In this document: positions 1-13,499 of the stretch, piece by piece
How the letters are laid out: each line of letters starts with the position of its first letter
Numbering within the stretch: position 1 is the stretch's first letter
Source: Eledone cirrhosa
Taxonomy: Eukaryota
Direction of reading: 5' to 3'
Length of the DNA: 64,000 nt
Assembly: GCA_964016885.1 (NCBI GenBank)
Contig: OZ024745.1
Span: 93,124,001-93,188,000 of the forward strand
Notes under the pieces: model-generated
Told to the model about the DNA's origin: nothing
Databases searched by the model: none
Seen by the model: only the letters and a program-made list of their open reading frames with translations
Program-made: the position numbers and the translations under genes

Positions 1-425
1 AAGTACCTTTATGTTCAAAATTTCAGATTAATAAAAAAAAAAAAGTATTACTAATTCCCTACAAATTCTTTACCATTTTCAAAGTGATTTTAAAGTTACA
101 AAAGCAGTGTCTTATTAGAAATATGGTGACTAAACAGTTAAAATTGGAAGGACTCAAACATCTAAGAATATTTTATTTGAAATATTTAAATAAAATGTAA
201 CATTCTGTCTGGATTATTTTTAATTCAGCCAATATCTCATTTATGAACCAAATTATTTTTAGTTCAAATAGAAATTGAAAAGCATTTCCATGTGAAACTA
301 AAATAAAACCTATTGATTTATTCTGAATAGGCAGAAAGCCAATTATATTACAGAAGGGATATAGTTCATCTTAGTATATTACTAATACCAAGTTTACTGG
401 TCACAGCAGAGTTCAAGCAGACAAA

Positions 426-613
426 TTAACTCTTTAGCATTTAAACCAGCCATATCCGGCCAGAATCTCACCTCTCTCTGTTCAAACTGGCCACTCATTA
501 TGGTATTGTTCTCAAAATAAATATCAAAATCTCAGATTCAATATTATGAAGTAAAGCCTTTACCATGAAAATACAATAGTATATATAGAGTAATGTAAAT
601 GCTAAAGGGTTAA
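426..613. mobile_element. TTAA-flanked MITE family 1 (piggyBac-like termini), ~190-300 bp; representative copy
   Basis: TTAA|C(C/T)CTTTAGCATTTA...TAAATGCTAAAGGG|TTAA. Further full or partial copies at ~11430-11638, 23362-23558, 24240-24423, 38729-39013, 42660-42820, 45666-45894, 45984-46210, 52627-52928, 53847-54185, 54730-54942. Confidence 0.8.
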
Positions 614-1568
614 AAAAAATGAAGAGTATCTTTTCATTAATATTTGCTACACTTAAGATCAACATTTAAGACCTTCAACAGTACGCTAACATTAGATTGG
701 CCATTTAATCATATCATTAAGCAGATCAAATCTGATACCAGCTGCTTAAAACTACAGTGCTATTCTCACAAAATACTGAATATCTTTTTTACAATGAATC
801 TGCCTATATTCAAAGTGAAACCTTTCAACTTTATGAGAAAATATTACCACTAAACTAACAATATTTACTAACATTCTGTCAAATATTTTCAGTTCTAACA
901 GAGCTTTTGCAACAGAACAAAACAACTGAATGTATAATCATAAACTATTAATTTCTATGAATAAGGAGTTGAAATTTGCAGTTTCTAAGTAGGACACTTA
1001 ATTCTATCATATCTCGGTTAACTTTGTTTTGAAAAATAGATACCATATCTTCCAAGAGTTGGCCAACCATAAGACCAAATATCCTATTTAATGAGATATT
1101 TGCCCTCACTGCTTAACTCATTATACCTCTTGTAATGATTTAGTAGGGAATATACAAAACTTTTAATTCAAAATTAACTTGATTTAAGACGATTTTGTTA
1201 TTTTTACTAGTGGATAGATTGTTGTGAAAATTTGCAGTATCATAGCAAGACCTTTATTTTTTCATGTGATGCAGTCAGAGCTGTTTTATACTTTCCAAGA
1301 CTGTATTGCTAATGCAATTCCATGCAGCACAGGACCTAAAGAGTTAATGCTACAAACACCAGAGTTAAATACTAGATATATAAATCATTGTAATAAGTTA
1401 AAGAATTAACTTCTTTTTCTTAAATAAGAACAATATTGAAAGAGTTGGTTGTTGTAAAAAAACTGGTTGTTGTAAAAAAAAATATATATGTAAAAAAAAA
1501 TATATTAAGGTAAAGTTTGCAAATAAGATTTTAATTTAACTACAATATAATATTCCCGCAACCATTTT

Positions 1569-4500
1569 GGCCGAAAAAAATTATGCCAGATTAAATTTCG
1601 GGATTGGCATCTCTCTCTCTCGGCCTACTGAAATCGCCTCTCACCCTCTCACTCTCACTATCATATACGCTGCTCTCTGTTGCGGCCGCGGATGGTCAAC
1701 ATAACCACAACCCCATCAACCTCACCCCACCCTGCATCCCACCCACCAAACGCAATCCAAAACTTCAGAGTTGGTACCATGAATGTAGGGACCTTAAAAG
1801 GCCGCTCAAACGAGGTTGTAGAAATGCTTGAACGTAAGGAGGTTGATGTCTGCTGCATCCAAGAGACCAGGTGGAGGGGCGGTTCTGCTAGATTCATTGT
1901 GGGTAAAAAACGATGCTATAAGCTTTTCTGGGTGGGAAATGACAATGGGATGGGTGGGTGGGGTAGGAATCATGTTAGCAGAAAAATGGGTGGATAAGAT
2001 AATAGACGTAAATAGAGTAAACGACAGAATAATTAAAATAAGACTTGTTCTAAATAGAACTACTGTGACGATAATATCTGCGTACGCGCCCCAATCCGGA
2101 CTGCCTGGCGCTATAAAAGACACTTTCTATGAGACACTGATGCTCACTACCTCCCAAATAACCGACAATGACTATATAATTATTGCTGGCGACCTAAATG
2201 GTCACGGACAACATTGTGACGGCTATGATGAAATCCATGGAGGCTATGGGTTTGGTACTAGAAATGAGGAAGGCTCCAGAATCCTGGAATTCTGTGACGC
2301 AAATAACTTAATCTGTAACACTAACTTCAAAAAACGAGACAATCACTTGATCACCTACAGATCAGGGGAACATACCAGCCAGGTAGATTATATCCTTACC
2401 AGAAGACGTGACAGAGTGACTGTTGTAAACACTAAATCCCTCCCCCATGAAGAATGCACCTCCCAACATAGACTGATAATTAGCGACCTCATAGTCAGGA
2501 CGAGACGTACTCGACAGCAGAAGAGGACTATCCTCAGGAGAAAAATATGGAAGCTAAAGGACCCCACAGCCAGAAATAAATTTCAAAGCATATTACTTGA
2601 TGCTTTCGACAGTAAGGAAGAGCATTTAGAGTCAGACAATATAGAGGGACAGTGGGAATTCCTGAAAGCAAACCTGCTGATGGCGGAAGACGAAGTCTGT
2701 GGCCGGAGCAGGCCTATAGGCAGGAGGAGAGTAAAATGGTGGTGGAACAGTAAGGTGGCGGAGTCGATTAAGGCCAAAAAGCAGGCTTGGAAAGTATGGC
2801 GGGATGGCGGAAGTAGAGAAGACTATCAAGTGGCCAGGAGGGAAGCTAGGAGACAAGTGTACTTCGCAAGAAGGTAAGCAGAGGAAAGAAAGTTCAAGCA
2901 TGTTCTACAACACGAGGACCAAAAACGTGAGGTGTTCAGGATTGCTAGGCAATGTGTTAAGGAAAACCGTGATATTGTTGGGGAGAAGTGTGTACTAAAT
3001 GATGATGGCGTACTCGCCATCACTGACGCTGATAAGAAGGTCGCTTGGAAGTGTCACTACGAGAGGCTACTAAATGAGGAGAATAAATGGGAGAAGGATA
3101 GTCTCCCCCAGATCGATCCAATAGAGGGACCAGCAGTGTTGGTTGAAGGGCCTTCGGAAATAGTTGCTGAGATGCTGAAGGCCTCTGGAACGGTGGGACA
3201 CACCATGGTCACCCGGATAGTAAACCAAGGCATACAGAATGGGGTTGTTCCGAAGGGCTGGCGTAGCAGCATCATCATTAACTGTTACAAGGGTAAAGGA
3301 GACGCCCTAGATAGGAGTAACTATAGAGGCATTAAATTAATCGACTAGGTCATGAAGGTCACGGAAAAAGTAATAGTGCAACTAATCAGAGAGAGAATCG
3401 ATCTAGATGAAATGCAGTTCGGGTTTGTGTCAGGCAAAAGTACCACAGACGCTCTTTTCATTGTACGACAACTACAGGAGAAGTACCTAGCTAAAAGTAA
3501 ACCCCTATACTTAGCCTTTGTCGACTTGGAGAAAGCCTTCAACAGAGTCCCCCGTTCCATTATCTGGTGGGCTCTTAGAAAACTAGGTGTTAACGAATGG
3601 CTTGTGAGAGCTATACAAGCCATGTTAGAATTAACAACGAATATAGTGAAGAGTTTAGCGTAAAAGTTGGTGTCCATCAGGGCTCTGTTCTTAGCCCCCT
3701 ACTATTTATTATTGCCCTTCAGGCTATAACAGAGGAGTTCAAGACCGACTGCCCATGGGAACTCCTATACGCAGATGATCTAACGCTCATAGCTGAATCA
3801 ATGGCCGAGCTAGAGAAGAAATTCCAAACATGGAAGCACGGCCTAGAATCTAAAGGCCTTAAAATTAACCTGGCTAAGACTAAAGTTCTAGTTTGTAGGA
3901 AAGAAAATAAGGCGTCGGTCCCTTCCGGGAAATGGCCATGCTCAGTGTGTAAGAAAGGCGTAGGTAGAAACTCCATTTTGTGTCCTAAATGCAAAGTATG
4001 GGTGCATAAAAGATGTAGTGGGATCACAGGTAAGCTAACTAAGAACACAGATTTTACATGTGGCCGGTGCTCTGGTGCAATAAGTAGCAGCAAGTGCCCA
4101 CAAAATACTAGCTCTTTCAATTGCGCAGAGGGTTCTATAGAAATAGTGGACAGCTTCCGTTACCTGGGTGACAAAATCAGCAGTGGGGGAGGGTGCTCTG
4201 AAAGTACAGTAGCTAGAGTCAGAACTGGATAGAAAAAGTTCAGAGAGCTTATACCACTATTAGCCGCTAAAGGGTTCTCCCTAAAAATGAAAGGCAGGTT
4301 GTATGATGCCTGCATACGAACAGCAATGTTGCATGGCAGTGAGACCTGGGCATTGTGTGCAGAGGATATACGCAGACTAGAGAGGAACGAAGCTTGCATG
4401 CTCCGCTGGATGTGTAATAGTAATATACGCGAACGGCAAAGCATAAACGAACTAAGGAAAAAATTAGAAATAAGAGGGATCAGATGTTTACTCGAGAGAA

Positions 4501-5098
4501 GGCTACGTTGGTATGGTCACGTGATGCGCATGAAAGACGACAGCTGTATAGCAAAGTGCAGGGCAATAAAGATAGACGGTAGCCACGGAGTAGGCAGACC
4601 CAGAAAAACCTGGGAAGAGCTGATAAATTCCGACCTCACACACTTACACCTCTCCAAGACAATGTCACTGGACCGAGACCTTTGGCGGTACTCAGTAATA
4701 GAGAAGACCCGCCTTACCTAAATACAAAGTAAAACCTACTACAGTCAGTAGGCATCTCTAACAAAATACACCCCCGTCCCACCACCCCCACCCCCACTTT
4801 CAATGTAAAGTTATGTTGGTGCCACAAAATCCAGGCTGAAACAAATGAGATCGTGTAGGTGTCACGACAAAAAAAACACAGTCCACGCTGTAAATGTGGC
4901 CGTGTAGGCAACACGGTAAAAACCTCCCAGCCCCACACTGTAAATGTGGTTGGTGTTAGGAAGGGCATCCAACTGTAGAAAACTAGCCAGACAGTCCTAT
5001 GCGAGCAAGACAACCACTCTTGCCTCAAGTGGGAAAACTCCCGTCCAAACCCATGCAAGTGTGGAACATGGACGTTAAACGATGATGATGATGATGAT
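1569..5098 (+). mobile_element. RTE-clade LINE, subfamily A, near full length, disrupted (in PDI intron 3, antisense to PDI)
   Basis: APE motifs (TMNVGTL, CIQETRW, SAYAPQ, GDLN, SQVDYIL), RT motifs (QFGF, FVDLEKAF, GVHQGSVLSP, YADD), LHGSETW, RRLRWYGHV; stops, frameshifts and small internal deletions; 3' UTR ending in (GAT)n at ~5081-5098. 5' boundary approximate. Confidence 0.93.
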
Positions 5099-6207
5099 AA
5101 TAAAAACCCCAAGAAACATTAATATAAACTAGTTTTACAAAGAGCATGGATCATCTGAATGTTTTAAATATCTTATCAAGTTTGAACTATATTATCACAA
5201 ATCATACATTCCCAAAGTTCAAGTAATATAATCTTTAATCCCTCAACAACAGTTATAACAAAATGCTGTGGTAAAAATCAAATGCAATAAGATGGAAATG
5301 TTTGTTAAATTGAAAAGTGTTGAATGTCTAATCTCTGGTTAAGTTTTAAACTTCCTTTTAAACTTCATGGAAAGAATCTTTTCTATAAATAGCATTTATA
5401 CATATTGATTACACACACACACAAATAAAATTATATAATTTCAGCTTGCTACTTCAGTAAAATATGTTCGTAAATTGGAATAAATTTGAGCAATAATTGA
5501 AGGAGGGATTATTTAAATAGATTTGAACAAGGACTCTTGTTTCATAGCCATTTTCTATCTCATATTTTGTGTAAGTTAATAAGAAAGGAGCAAATTTAAG
5601 CTGGTTATGTTTAATATTTTATCACAACCATAATTAAAACAATTATAATAAAATTGTCCATCATGACAAATCATATAAGCATATATTTAACATCACCAAC
5701 TGGCCTTTGGGTGCATTTGGTAGAGTCCATTCTAAGGAGTGGAATTCTATCTCTGGTTTGTGTATATCTTCTGCTTCCCAACAGTTTTGAAGGCTCTGTG
5801 AAGGGTCATTAGGCTGTCCCTCACTGATTAAACAGTAAAGTAACAAAAACCCTGTCATTTTTAGAAAGAAACCTTCACTCACCAGCCCTTTTATTTGCTA
5901 TATAATATTGTTCTGATAAATACACTCAACACATCAGCCTCTCTTCTCATAATCCCCATTGAGACTAAACTATGAACTTTACTCAACACAATGTGCGAGA
6001 ACTTTATATCTCTGGAACTCTTCATTTTCCCTTCAAATTGATATCCTGAAACAATTAAACTGAGCATTAACCATATCAAACTTCATTAACTATGTGTCCT
6101 TAACCTCCAGTCAACCAAAGACTGCTTCAATAAGACTAAGTAGACAATCATTTCTCACCAAATTAATACATAAACAGAAAAATTGAAAGTGTTATAGTAA
6201 ACATTAC

Positions 6208-6341
6208 CTGGAAAAATCCAACAACAACAACATCTTCTTTAGTAACAAGAGCCTTGGCTTCACTAACAGAACTTAAAGTTACAGCAGGAGGGCCTGTCTT
6301 TTTTTTAATCCAAGCTGCCATGTCTCCAGCAGTACGTCCCT
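6208..6341 (-). CDS. P4HB: Protein disulfide-isomerase, coding exon 3 (end of a domain, start of b domain); not in ORF track
   Basis: ttttag acceptor; in frame with exon 2: (E)GRTAGDMAAWIKKKTGPPAVTLSSVSEAKALVTKEDVVVVGFFQ, then CAG|GTAATG donor; 134 nt; matches the PDIA1 GR..WLKK.TGP..VIGFF motif. Confidence 0.92.
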
Positions 6342-6831
6342 CTAAAAATGAAATTTAACATATTAAAACAAGTCTATTTCAAAATACATGCTTGAAGTCA
6401 AGAGAAACTGTTTAAGGAAGCAAAGATTAGTGTCTTTAAGATCACAGTTTTGATACCTTTTGTAACAGCTAAAACACATAGGACTTAAAATTTATAATTA
6501 AGTCTAAAATAAAGACAAATCAAGAGACTTATAGTACTTTTTGTGCTATATAACAAATATATTTCAAATCATTGATATTAACCTTCTGTTACCATATTTC
6601 TAATGAAAGCCACTGCCTATGATTTTCAAATCATCTTGAAAATAAGACTTTGGAGGGATTTAGTAACGTTTATTAAGCTGGTGTTTGGAACATCAAAATT
6701 TTTATCTAATAATTATAATGGAAGGTTTTTAGATAAATATAAACGCCTTAACTAAGTTTTCTATTGTAGAACTAGGGGCAGTTACAGGCAGTTTGGTATC
6801 AAAAAGGGATAAACTAAAAGCAATGACTAGT

Positions 6832-9800
6832 ACTGGGAGGTTTTTACTATGTTACCTACATGGCCACATTACAGCGTGGACTGTGTGTTTTTTGTCGTGA
6901 CACCTACACGACCTCATTTGTTTCGGACTGGATGTTGTGGTACCAACATAACTTCACATTTAAGGGGGTGGTGTGGATGGGGTGGGGGTAGTGGGACGGG
7001 GGTGTATTTTGTTAGAGGTGCCTACTGACTGTAGGTTTTGCTTTGTACTTAGGCAAGGCAGGTCATCTGTATAACTGTGTAGCGCCAAAGATCTCGGTCC
7101 AGTGACATTGTCTTGGAGAGGTGTAAGTGTGTGAGGTCGGAATTTATCAAGTCGTCCCAGGTTTTTCTGGGTCTGCCTACTCCGTGGCTACCGTCTATTT
7201 TTATCGCCCTGCACTTTTTTATACAGCTGTCGTCTTTCATGCGCATCACGTGACCGTACCAACGTAGTCTTCTCTCGACTAAACAACATCCGATCCCTCT
7301 TATTTCTAATTTCTCCCTTAGTTCATTTATATTTTGCCGTTCACGTATATTACTATTACACATCCAGCGGAGCATGCAAGCTTCGTTTCTCTCCAGTCTG
7401 CGTATATCGTCTGCACACAATGCCCAGGTCTCACTGCCATGTAACATTGCTGTTCGTATGCAGGCATCATACAGCCTGCCTTTCATTTTTAGAGAGAACC
7501 CTTTAGCGGCCAATAGTGGTATAAGCTCTCTGAACTTTTTCCATCCCGTCCTGACTCTAGCTACTGTACTTTCAGAGCACCCTCCCCCACTGCTGATTTT
7601 GTCACCCAGGTAACGGAAGCTGTCCACTATTTCTATAGAACCATCTGTGCAATGGAATGAGCTAGTATTCTGTGGGCACTTGCTGCTACTTATTGCACCA
7701 GAGCACCAGCCACATATAAAATCTATATTCTTAGTTAGCTTACCTGTGATCCCACTACATCTTTTATGCACCCATACTTAGCATTTGGGACATAAAATGG
7801 AGTTTCTGCCTACTCCTTTCCTACACACTGAGCATGGCCATTTCCCAGATAGGACCGGTGCCCTATTTTCCTTCCTACAAACTAGAACTTTAGTCTTAGA
7901 CAAGTTAACTTTAAGGCCTTTTGATTCTAGGCCATGCTTCCATGTTTGGAATTTCTTCTCTAGTTCAGCCATTGATTCAGCTATGAGCGTTAGATCATCT
8001 GCATATAGGAGTTCCCATGGGCAGCCGGTCTTGAACTCCTCTGTTATAGCCTGAAGGGCAATAATAAATAGTAGGGGGCTAAGGACAGAGCTCTAATGAA
8101 CACCAACTTTTACGCTAAACTCTTCACTATATTCGTTGTTAATTCTAACCTTGCTGACTTTCTTTATACATGGCTTGTATAACTCTCACAAGCCATTCAT
8201 CAACACTTAGTTTTCTAAGGGCCCACCAGATAATCGAGCGGGGTACTGTGTCAAAGGCTTTCTCCAAGTCAACAAAGGCTAAGTATAGGGGTTTACATTT
8301 AGCTAGGTACTTCTCCTGTAGTTGTCGTACAATGAAGAGAGCGTCTGTTGTACTTTTACCTGACACAAACCCGAACTGCATTTCGTCTAGGTCAATTCGC
8401 TCTCTGATTAGTTGCGCTATTACTTTTTCTGTGACCTTCATGACCTGGTCAATTAATTTAATGCCTCTATAGTTTCCCCTATCTAGGGCATCACCTTTAC
8501 CCTTGTAGCAGTTAACGATGATGCTGCTGCGCCAGTCCTTCGGAACGACCCCATTCTGTATGACTTGGTTTAATATCCGGGTGACCATAGTGTGTCCCAC
8601 CGTTCCAGATGCTTTCAGCATTTCGGCAACTATTTCCGAAGACCCAGCCGCCTTGCCCGTCTTCATGTCTTTGATCGCCTTATTATACTACCTTCAACTT
8701 GCACTGCTGGTCCATCTATTGGGTCGATGTGGGGGAGACTGTCTTTCTCCCAATTATTCTCCTCATTTAGTAGCCTTTCGTAGTGACACTTCCAAGCTAC
8801 CTTCTTATCAGCGTCAGTGATGGCAAGTACACCATCATCATTAAAGACACACTTCTCCCCGACAATATCACGGTTTTCCTTGACACATTGCCTAGCAATT
8901 CTGAACACCTCACGTTTTTGGTCCTCGCGTTGTAGAACATGCTTGAACTTTCTTTCCTCTGCTTCCCTTCTTGCGAAGTACACTTGTCTCCTCGCTTCCC
9001 TCCTGGCCACTTGATAGTCTTCTCTACTTCCCCCATCCCGCCATGCTTTCCAAGCCTGCTTTTTGGCCTTGATTGACCCCTCCACTTTACTGTTCCACCA
9101 CCAAGTTACTCTCCTCCTGCCTATAGGTCTGCTCCAGCCACAGGTTTCATCTGTCGCCTTCAGCAGGTTAGCTTTCAGGAATTCCCACTGTTCCTCTATA
9201 TTGTACGACTAATTGCTCTTCCTTACTATCAAAAGCATCAAGTAATATGCTTTTAAATTTATGAATGGCTGTGGGGTCTTTTAACTTCCATATTTTTCTC
9301 CTGAGGATAGTCCTCTTCTGTTGTCGAGTACATCTCGTCCTGACTATGAGGTCGCTAATTATGAGTCTATGTTGAGAGGTGCATTCTTTATGGGGGAGGG
9401 ATTTAGTGTTAACAACAGACACTCTGTCACGTCTTCTGGTAAGGATATAATCTACCTGGCTTGCGTGTTCCCCCGATCTATAGGTGATCAAGTGATTGTC
9501 TCGTTTTTTTAAGTTAGTGTTACAGATAGTTAGGTTATTTGCGTCACAGAATTCCAGGATTCTGGAGCCTTCCTCATTTCTAGTACCGAACCCATAGCCT
9601 CCATGGATTCCGTCATAGCCGTCACAATGTTGTCCAACGTGACCATTTAGGTCGCCTGCAATAACTATATAGTCACTGTCGGTTATTTGGGAGGTAGCGA
9701 GCATCAGTGTCTCGTAGAATCTGTCTTTTATAGCGCCGGGCAGTCCGGATTGGGGTGCGTACGCAGATATTATTGTCACAGTAGTTCTATTGAGGACAAG

Positions 9801-10200
9801 TCTTATTTTAATTAGTCACTCTATTTACGTCTATTATCTTATCTGCCCATTTTTCTGCTACCATGATTCCTACTCCACCCAGCCCATTGTCATTTCCCAC
9901 CCAGAAAAGCTTATAACATCGTTCTTTACCCACAATGAATCTAGCAGACCCACCCCTCCACCTGGTCTCTTGAATACAACAAACATCGACCTCCTTACGT
10001 TCAAGCATTTCTACAACCTCATTAGAGCGATCCTTTAAGGTGCCTACATTCATGGTACCAACTCTGAAGTTTTGGATTGCGTTTGGAGGGTGGGAGCGGT
10101 AGGGCGCAGGGGTGGGGGGGTTATGTTAGCCATCCACGGCCGAAACAAGGGAGGAGTCCTTGCATTCTCGTCCGGCAGCATGAGGTGTTTAGATGCAATA
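6832..10200 (-). mobile_element. RTE-clade LINE, subfamily A, disrupted, 3' tail lost (in PDI intron 2, sense to PDI)
   Basis: ORF pieces 10053-9808, 9779-9168, 9085-8663, 8666-8145, 7972-7778 and 7771-7049 are near-identical in protein to the 1.6-5.1 kb copy; 3' UTR homology stops at ~6832. Confidence 0.93.
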
Positions 10201-11679
10201 ATTTTCTTCCTATTTTTATAAAGACATTGGATAGGTCTGCTAAATTCCTCCACTCTAAATAGTTATTTCTTTGATACCAAAAACTTCATTGAAGTTGTGC
10301 TTTAGCACCAGATGAGCTTTTATTGAGCAAATCTAAAACACATTCCAGCTTGAGTTTTTTTCTTTGACTAACTAAATAGTAGTGTGATTTGAGAACAATT
10401 CCCTATTTCTATCAAATTATTCTTGTAGATACTCCTTTGTTGGTTTGACTCCAGTTAAATAGTGTTGGTAAATCTCAACCAAACCAAGTCTACACCTCAG
10501 TTTTAGTTTACTCACACTGGTATTATTAGCTTTCCCTTTTATCCTTACAGGTCAATAAAATAAAGTACCAGTAACACACTGGGGTCAATTTAATCAACAT
10601 TCCCCTCCCCCAAAATTGTTGGCCTAGTGCCTAAGTATGAAACCATTATTTTGAAGTAAGGCATGAATATCAAATATATTAGATAATTTAATCATCATCG
10701 TTTAACGTCCATCTTCTCCGTTAGCATGGGTTAGAAGGGTTGTCCTGTTTGAGGCTAGTCAGGTCAGGTGATCATGTCCAACCTATGTTAGCGTGGAAGA
10801 TAGACAAACGATGGTGATGTTGTGAAGCATAGTTACTGAATACCCGGGATTATTTAAAATGTCCAAACCCTTATTGTATAATGCTGTGATAAGTAAAAGA
10901 TTTCTGTTAGATCAGAGCTACCACTATTGTGTATACAATGTTGCCTGAATGTTATGATCCAGAACTTAATGCCTTATACTTCTATTCATTTAGCAGTGTT
11001 CATATAATTGGTAATAAAGTAGATATTGGAGAAAATATCTTTTACATTTTCATTGATGTCACCACTGATAAACATGTTTTCCCTGATAGCAAGGGTTAGA
11101 GGTGTTATCACAGGCCAGCCAGAACTCATGTGGGCTGCTCTTATCGTCAACCACCTGACAAGGATGTGTGTGCATGTGTATGCATCAGATATGGTCATTT
11201 TGGTGCCACAATAAAAAAAGCACCCAGTCAACACTAATGTGGTTGATATTTGGAAGGGCATCCAGTCATAGAACCTAATCCAGAAACAGCAAAACATTTG
11301 AGCAAGAGTCATCTGACCTGACTTATCTCAATGTGACAACTAGCATTCCTAATATATTAACAAATTATGCTAAACAATCAAGTTAAATGAAACAAGTAGT
11401 AACTCTTCACTGATAGTTCTGCTCTAAATTTAACCATATCCGGCCAGAATTCTGTCAACTTTTTCTGTTCAAACCGGCCATAACTGATTGCTCATACTGA
11501 TGTTAAGGTATTGTTCTCAAAGTAAATGATATCAAAATCTCGTAGTTCGATATTATGTGAGATAATTATGTAAAATAAAGCCTTTACCACAAAATACAAT
11601 AGTATATATATAGAGTAATGTAAATGCTAAAAGGTTAAATCGTCACAAGAAACCAATTATCAAAAATATATTAAAATAC

Positions 11680-11874
11680 CAGAGTAGTCGTATATTTTTC
11701 CTTCCTTGAAGAATTTGATAGTTGGGTAACCTCGAACTTCATATTTCTCAGCCAAGTCCACTTCAACTGTAGCATCAACTTTCCCCAAGTAAATATTTTC
11801 ATCATCTTTAAACTCTGCAGCTGTTTTTACATATTCAGGAGCAAGAGCTTTGCAATGTCCACACCATGGTGCAT
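11680..11874 (-). CDS. P4HB: Protein disulfide-isomerase, coding exon 2 (active-site WCGHC)
   Basis: tttcag acceptor; T+AT completes Tyr, giving [15 protein letters not shown]...KVDAT...[20 protein letters not shown]; 195 nt; GT donor at 11679-11678. Confidence 0.95.
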
Positions 11875-13499
11875 CTGAAAGGAAAAATAAGAACATCATT
11901 CATTTGTAAATAAGCTGAAATCTAAAACAATCATGGAAATAATTTATCCAATACAGAGAAGCACATAGGCAAAATTTCCTAATTAAAACAGATATTAAAC
12001 CATATCCACATGAAGTAAGAGAACCAATTTTCAAATACCTAATGTCAAATACCAATAATTGCAAATATTAGACCAAAGCATACTATGATCACATTGAATC
12101 ATTCTGAAATGTCTGTTACACTGGTAAAACTAAGGATAATGCAATGTACATCATTTGGGATGTGGCCCAGAATACCACAAATATTTCAGTCAACCCAATA
12201 ATCAATTTACATGATTTTTTTCTCTCCCTAAATGGTGCAGATTTTTTTTCTTGTCAGGCTATACAATCAGATTCCAGTGAAACCATACAACATTCCAAAG
12301 ACAGCCATCACAATACCATTTGGACTGTGTGTTTGTGCAATGCCCATCAGCCTGTATAATACTACACAGACATTTCAGAGATTGACTGATATCAACTAAG
12401 ATTTATGCTTTATTCATGCATACCTTTTCTTCCTCTCATCTATCCTATTTCTTCTAGCCCTCATTCTATCTTTTCATGACAGACTAACTTTCCTACTATT
12501 TCAAGCATTGAACTAATAATATATATTACCATTATACAATATTGTTCTCCAGTGTTGGTTTTCCTTGTTAATTCTCTCTCTCTATATATATATATATATG
12601 TATTATATTTTTAAATAGTGTGGATACATTTAATGCCTATATATTTTGGTTTTTCATCTTGATAATCCTTCCTATAATATATTTGTAACAGAGAAGCAAA
12701 TATAAAATGATGCTGATGATTATCAATTGAAGATGAACACGAAAAACATTTGCTACTCAGGCAACACAATATATGGCATAGTTACCAGTTCCAGTAAGTA
12801 TTTACATGATGCGTCATCTCTAAATTTCCCCCACCATATGGTTGACAATGTTGACAAAGAGGAAGTAACAGCCATCTAAGAATTTCCTGCACATACATCA
12901 CTGTACAAGTTGACAATATTTTTAGGCTTCATCAATTTCTCTGTTTCATTCCCAACAATACTGAAGCTATACAATTGCTCATTGACATGTACAAGAACAA
13001 TCACCTTCAATATAAATGGGTTCGCCTCTCTTGGCAAAGTAAGTGTCAAGTTAGCTGAGATTGCTAGTCTATCCTGGAGCAGACAACACTGTTTGTTAGT
13101 AGATATATCAGATGTTGGAGTGGGAAGTATTTTAAATCAGTTGGTAGATGAAGTGTGGCAGCAATCTCATTTTTTCTCCTAATATTCTCAATCAGCAGAA
13201 ATCAAACCAGATAAACACATTTGAATGAGAATTGCTAGCAGCCAATCTCAGCAGGAAGCACTTCTGTCACATACATCATCATTCAACGGCCTCAGCCAAA
13301 ATCGACTCAACAGTTGATCTCCACGTGGGTCTGCCATTCATTGCCATTGTCAAGTCCTGGATTTCAATACCAGAATCTCGAGAGATGACATCACGATAGG
13401 AGAGCTTGCACCCCCCGTTTTTAGTGACTGCTTGTGGTTTCCAAAGCACTAATGGGTGGGGACAGCCTCAGAGGTGGTTAGCAAGTTTTACTCTCCTTT

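Noticed and set aside
1-6200. PDI exon 4 and later exons
   Set aside because: No b-domain-like peptide with splice sites found by eye in the non-repeat parts; probably outside the window, though a short exon could have been missed.
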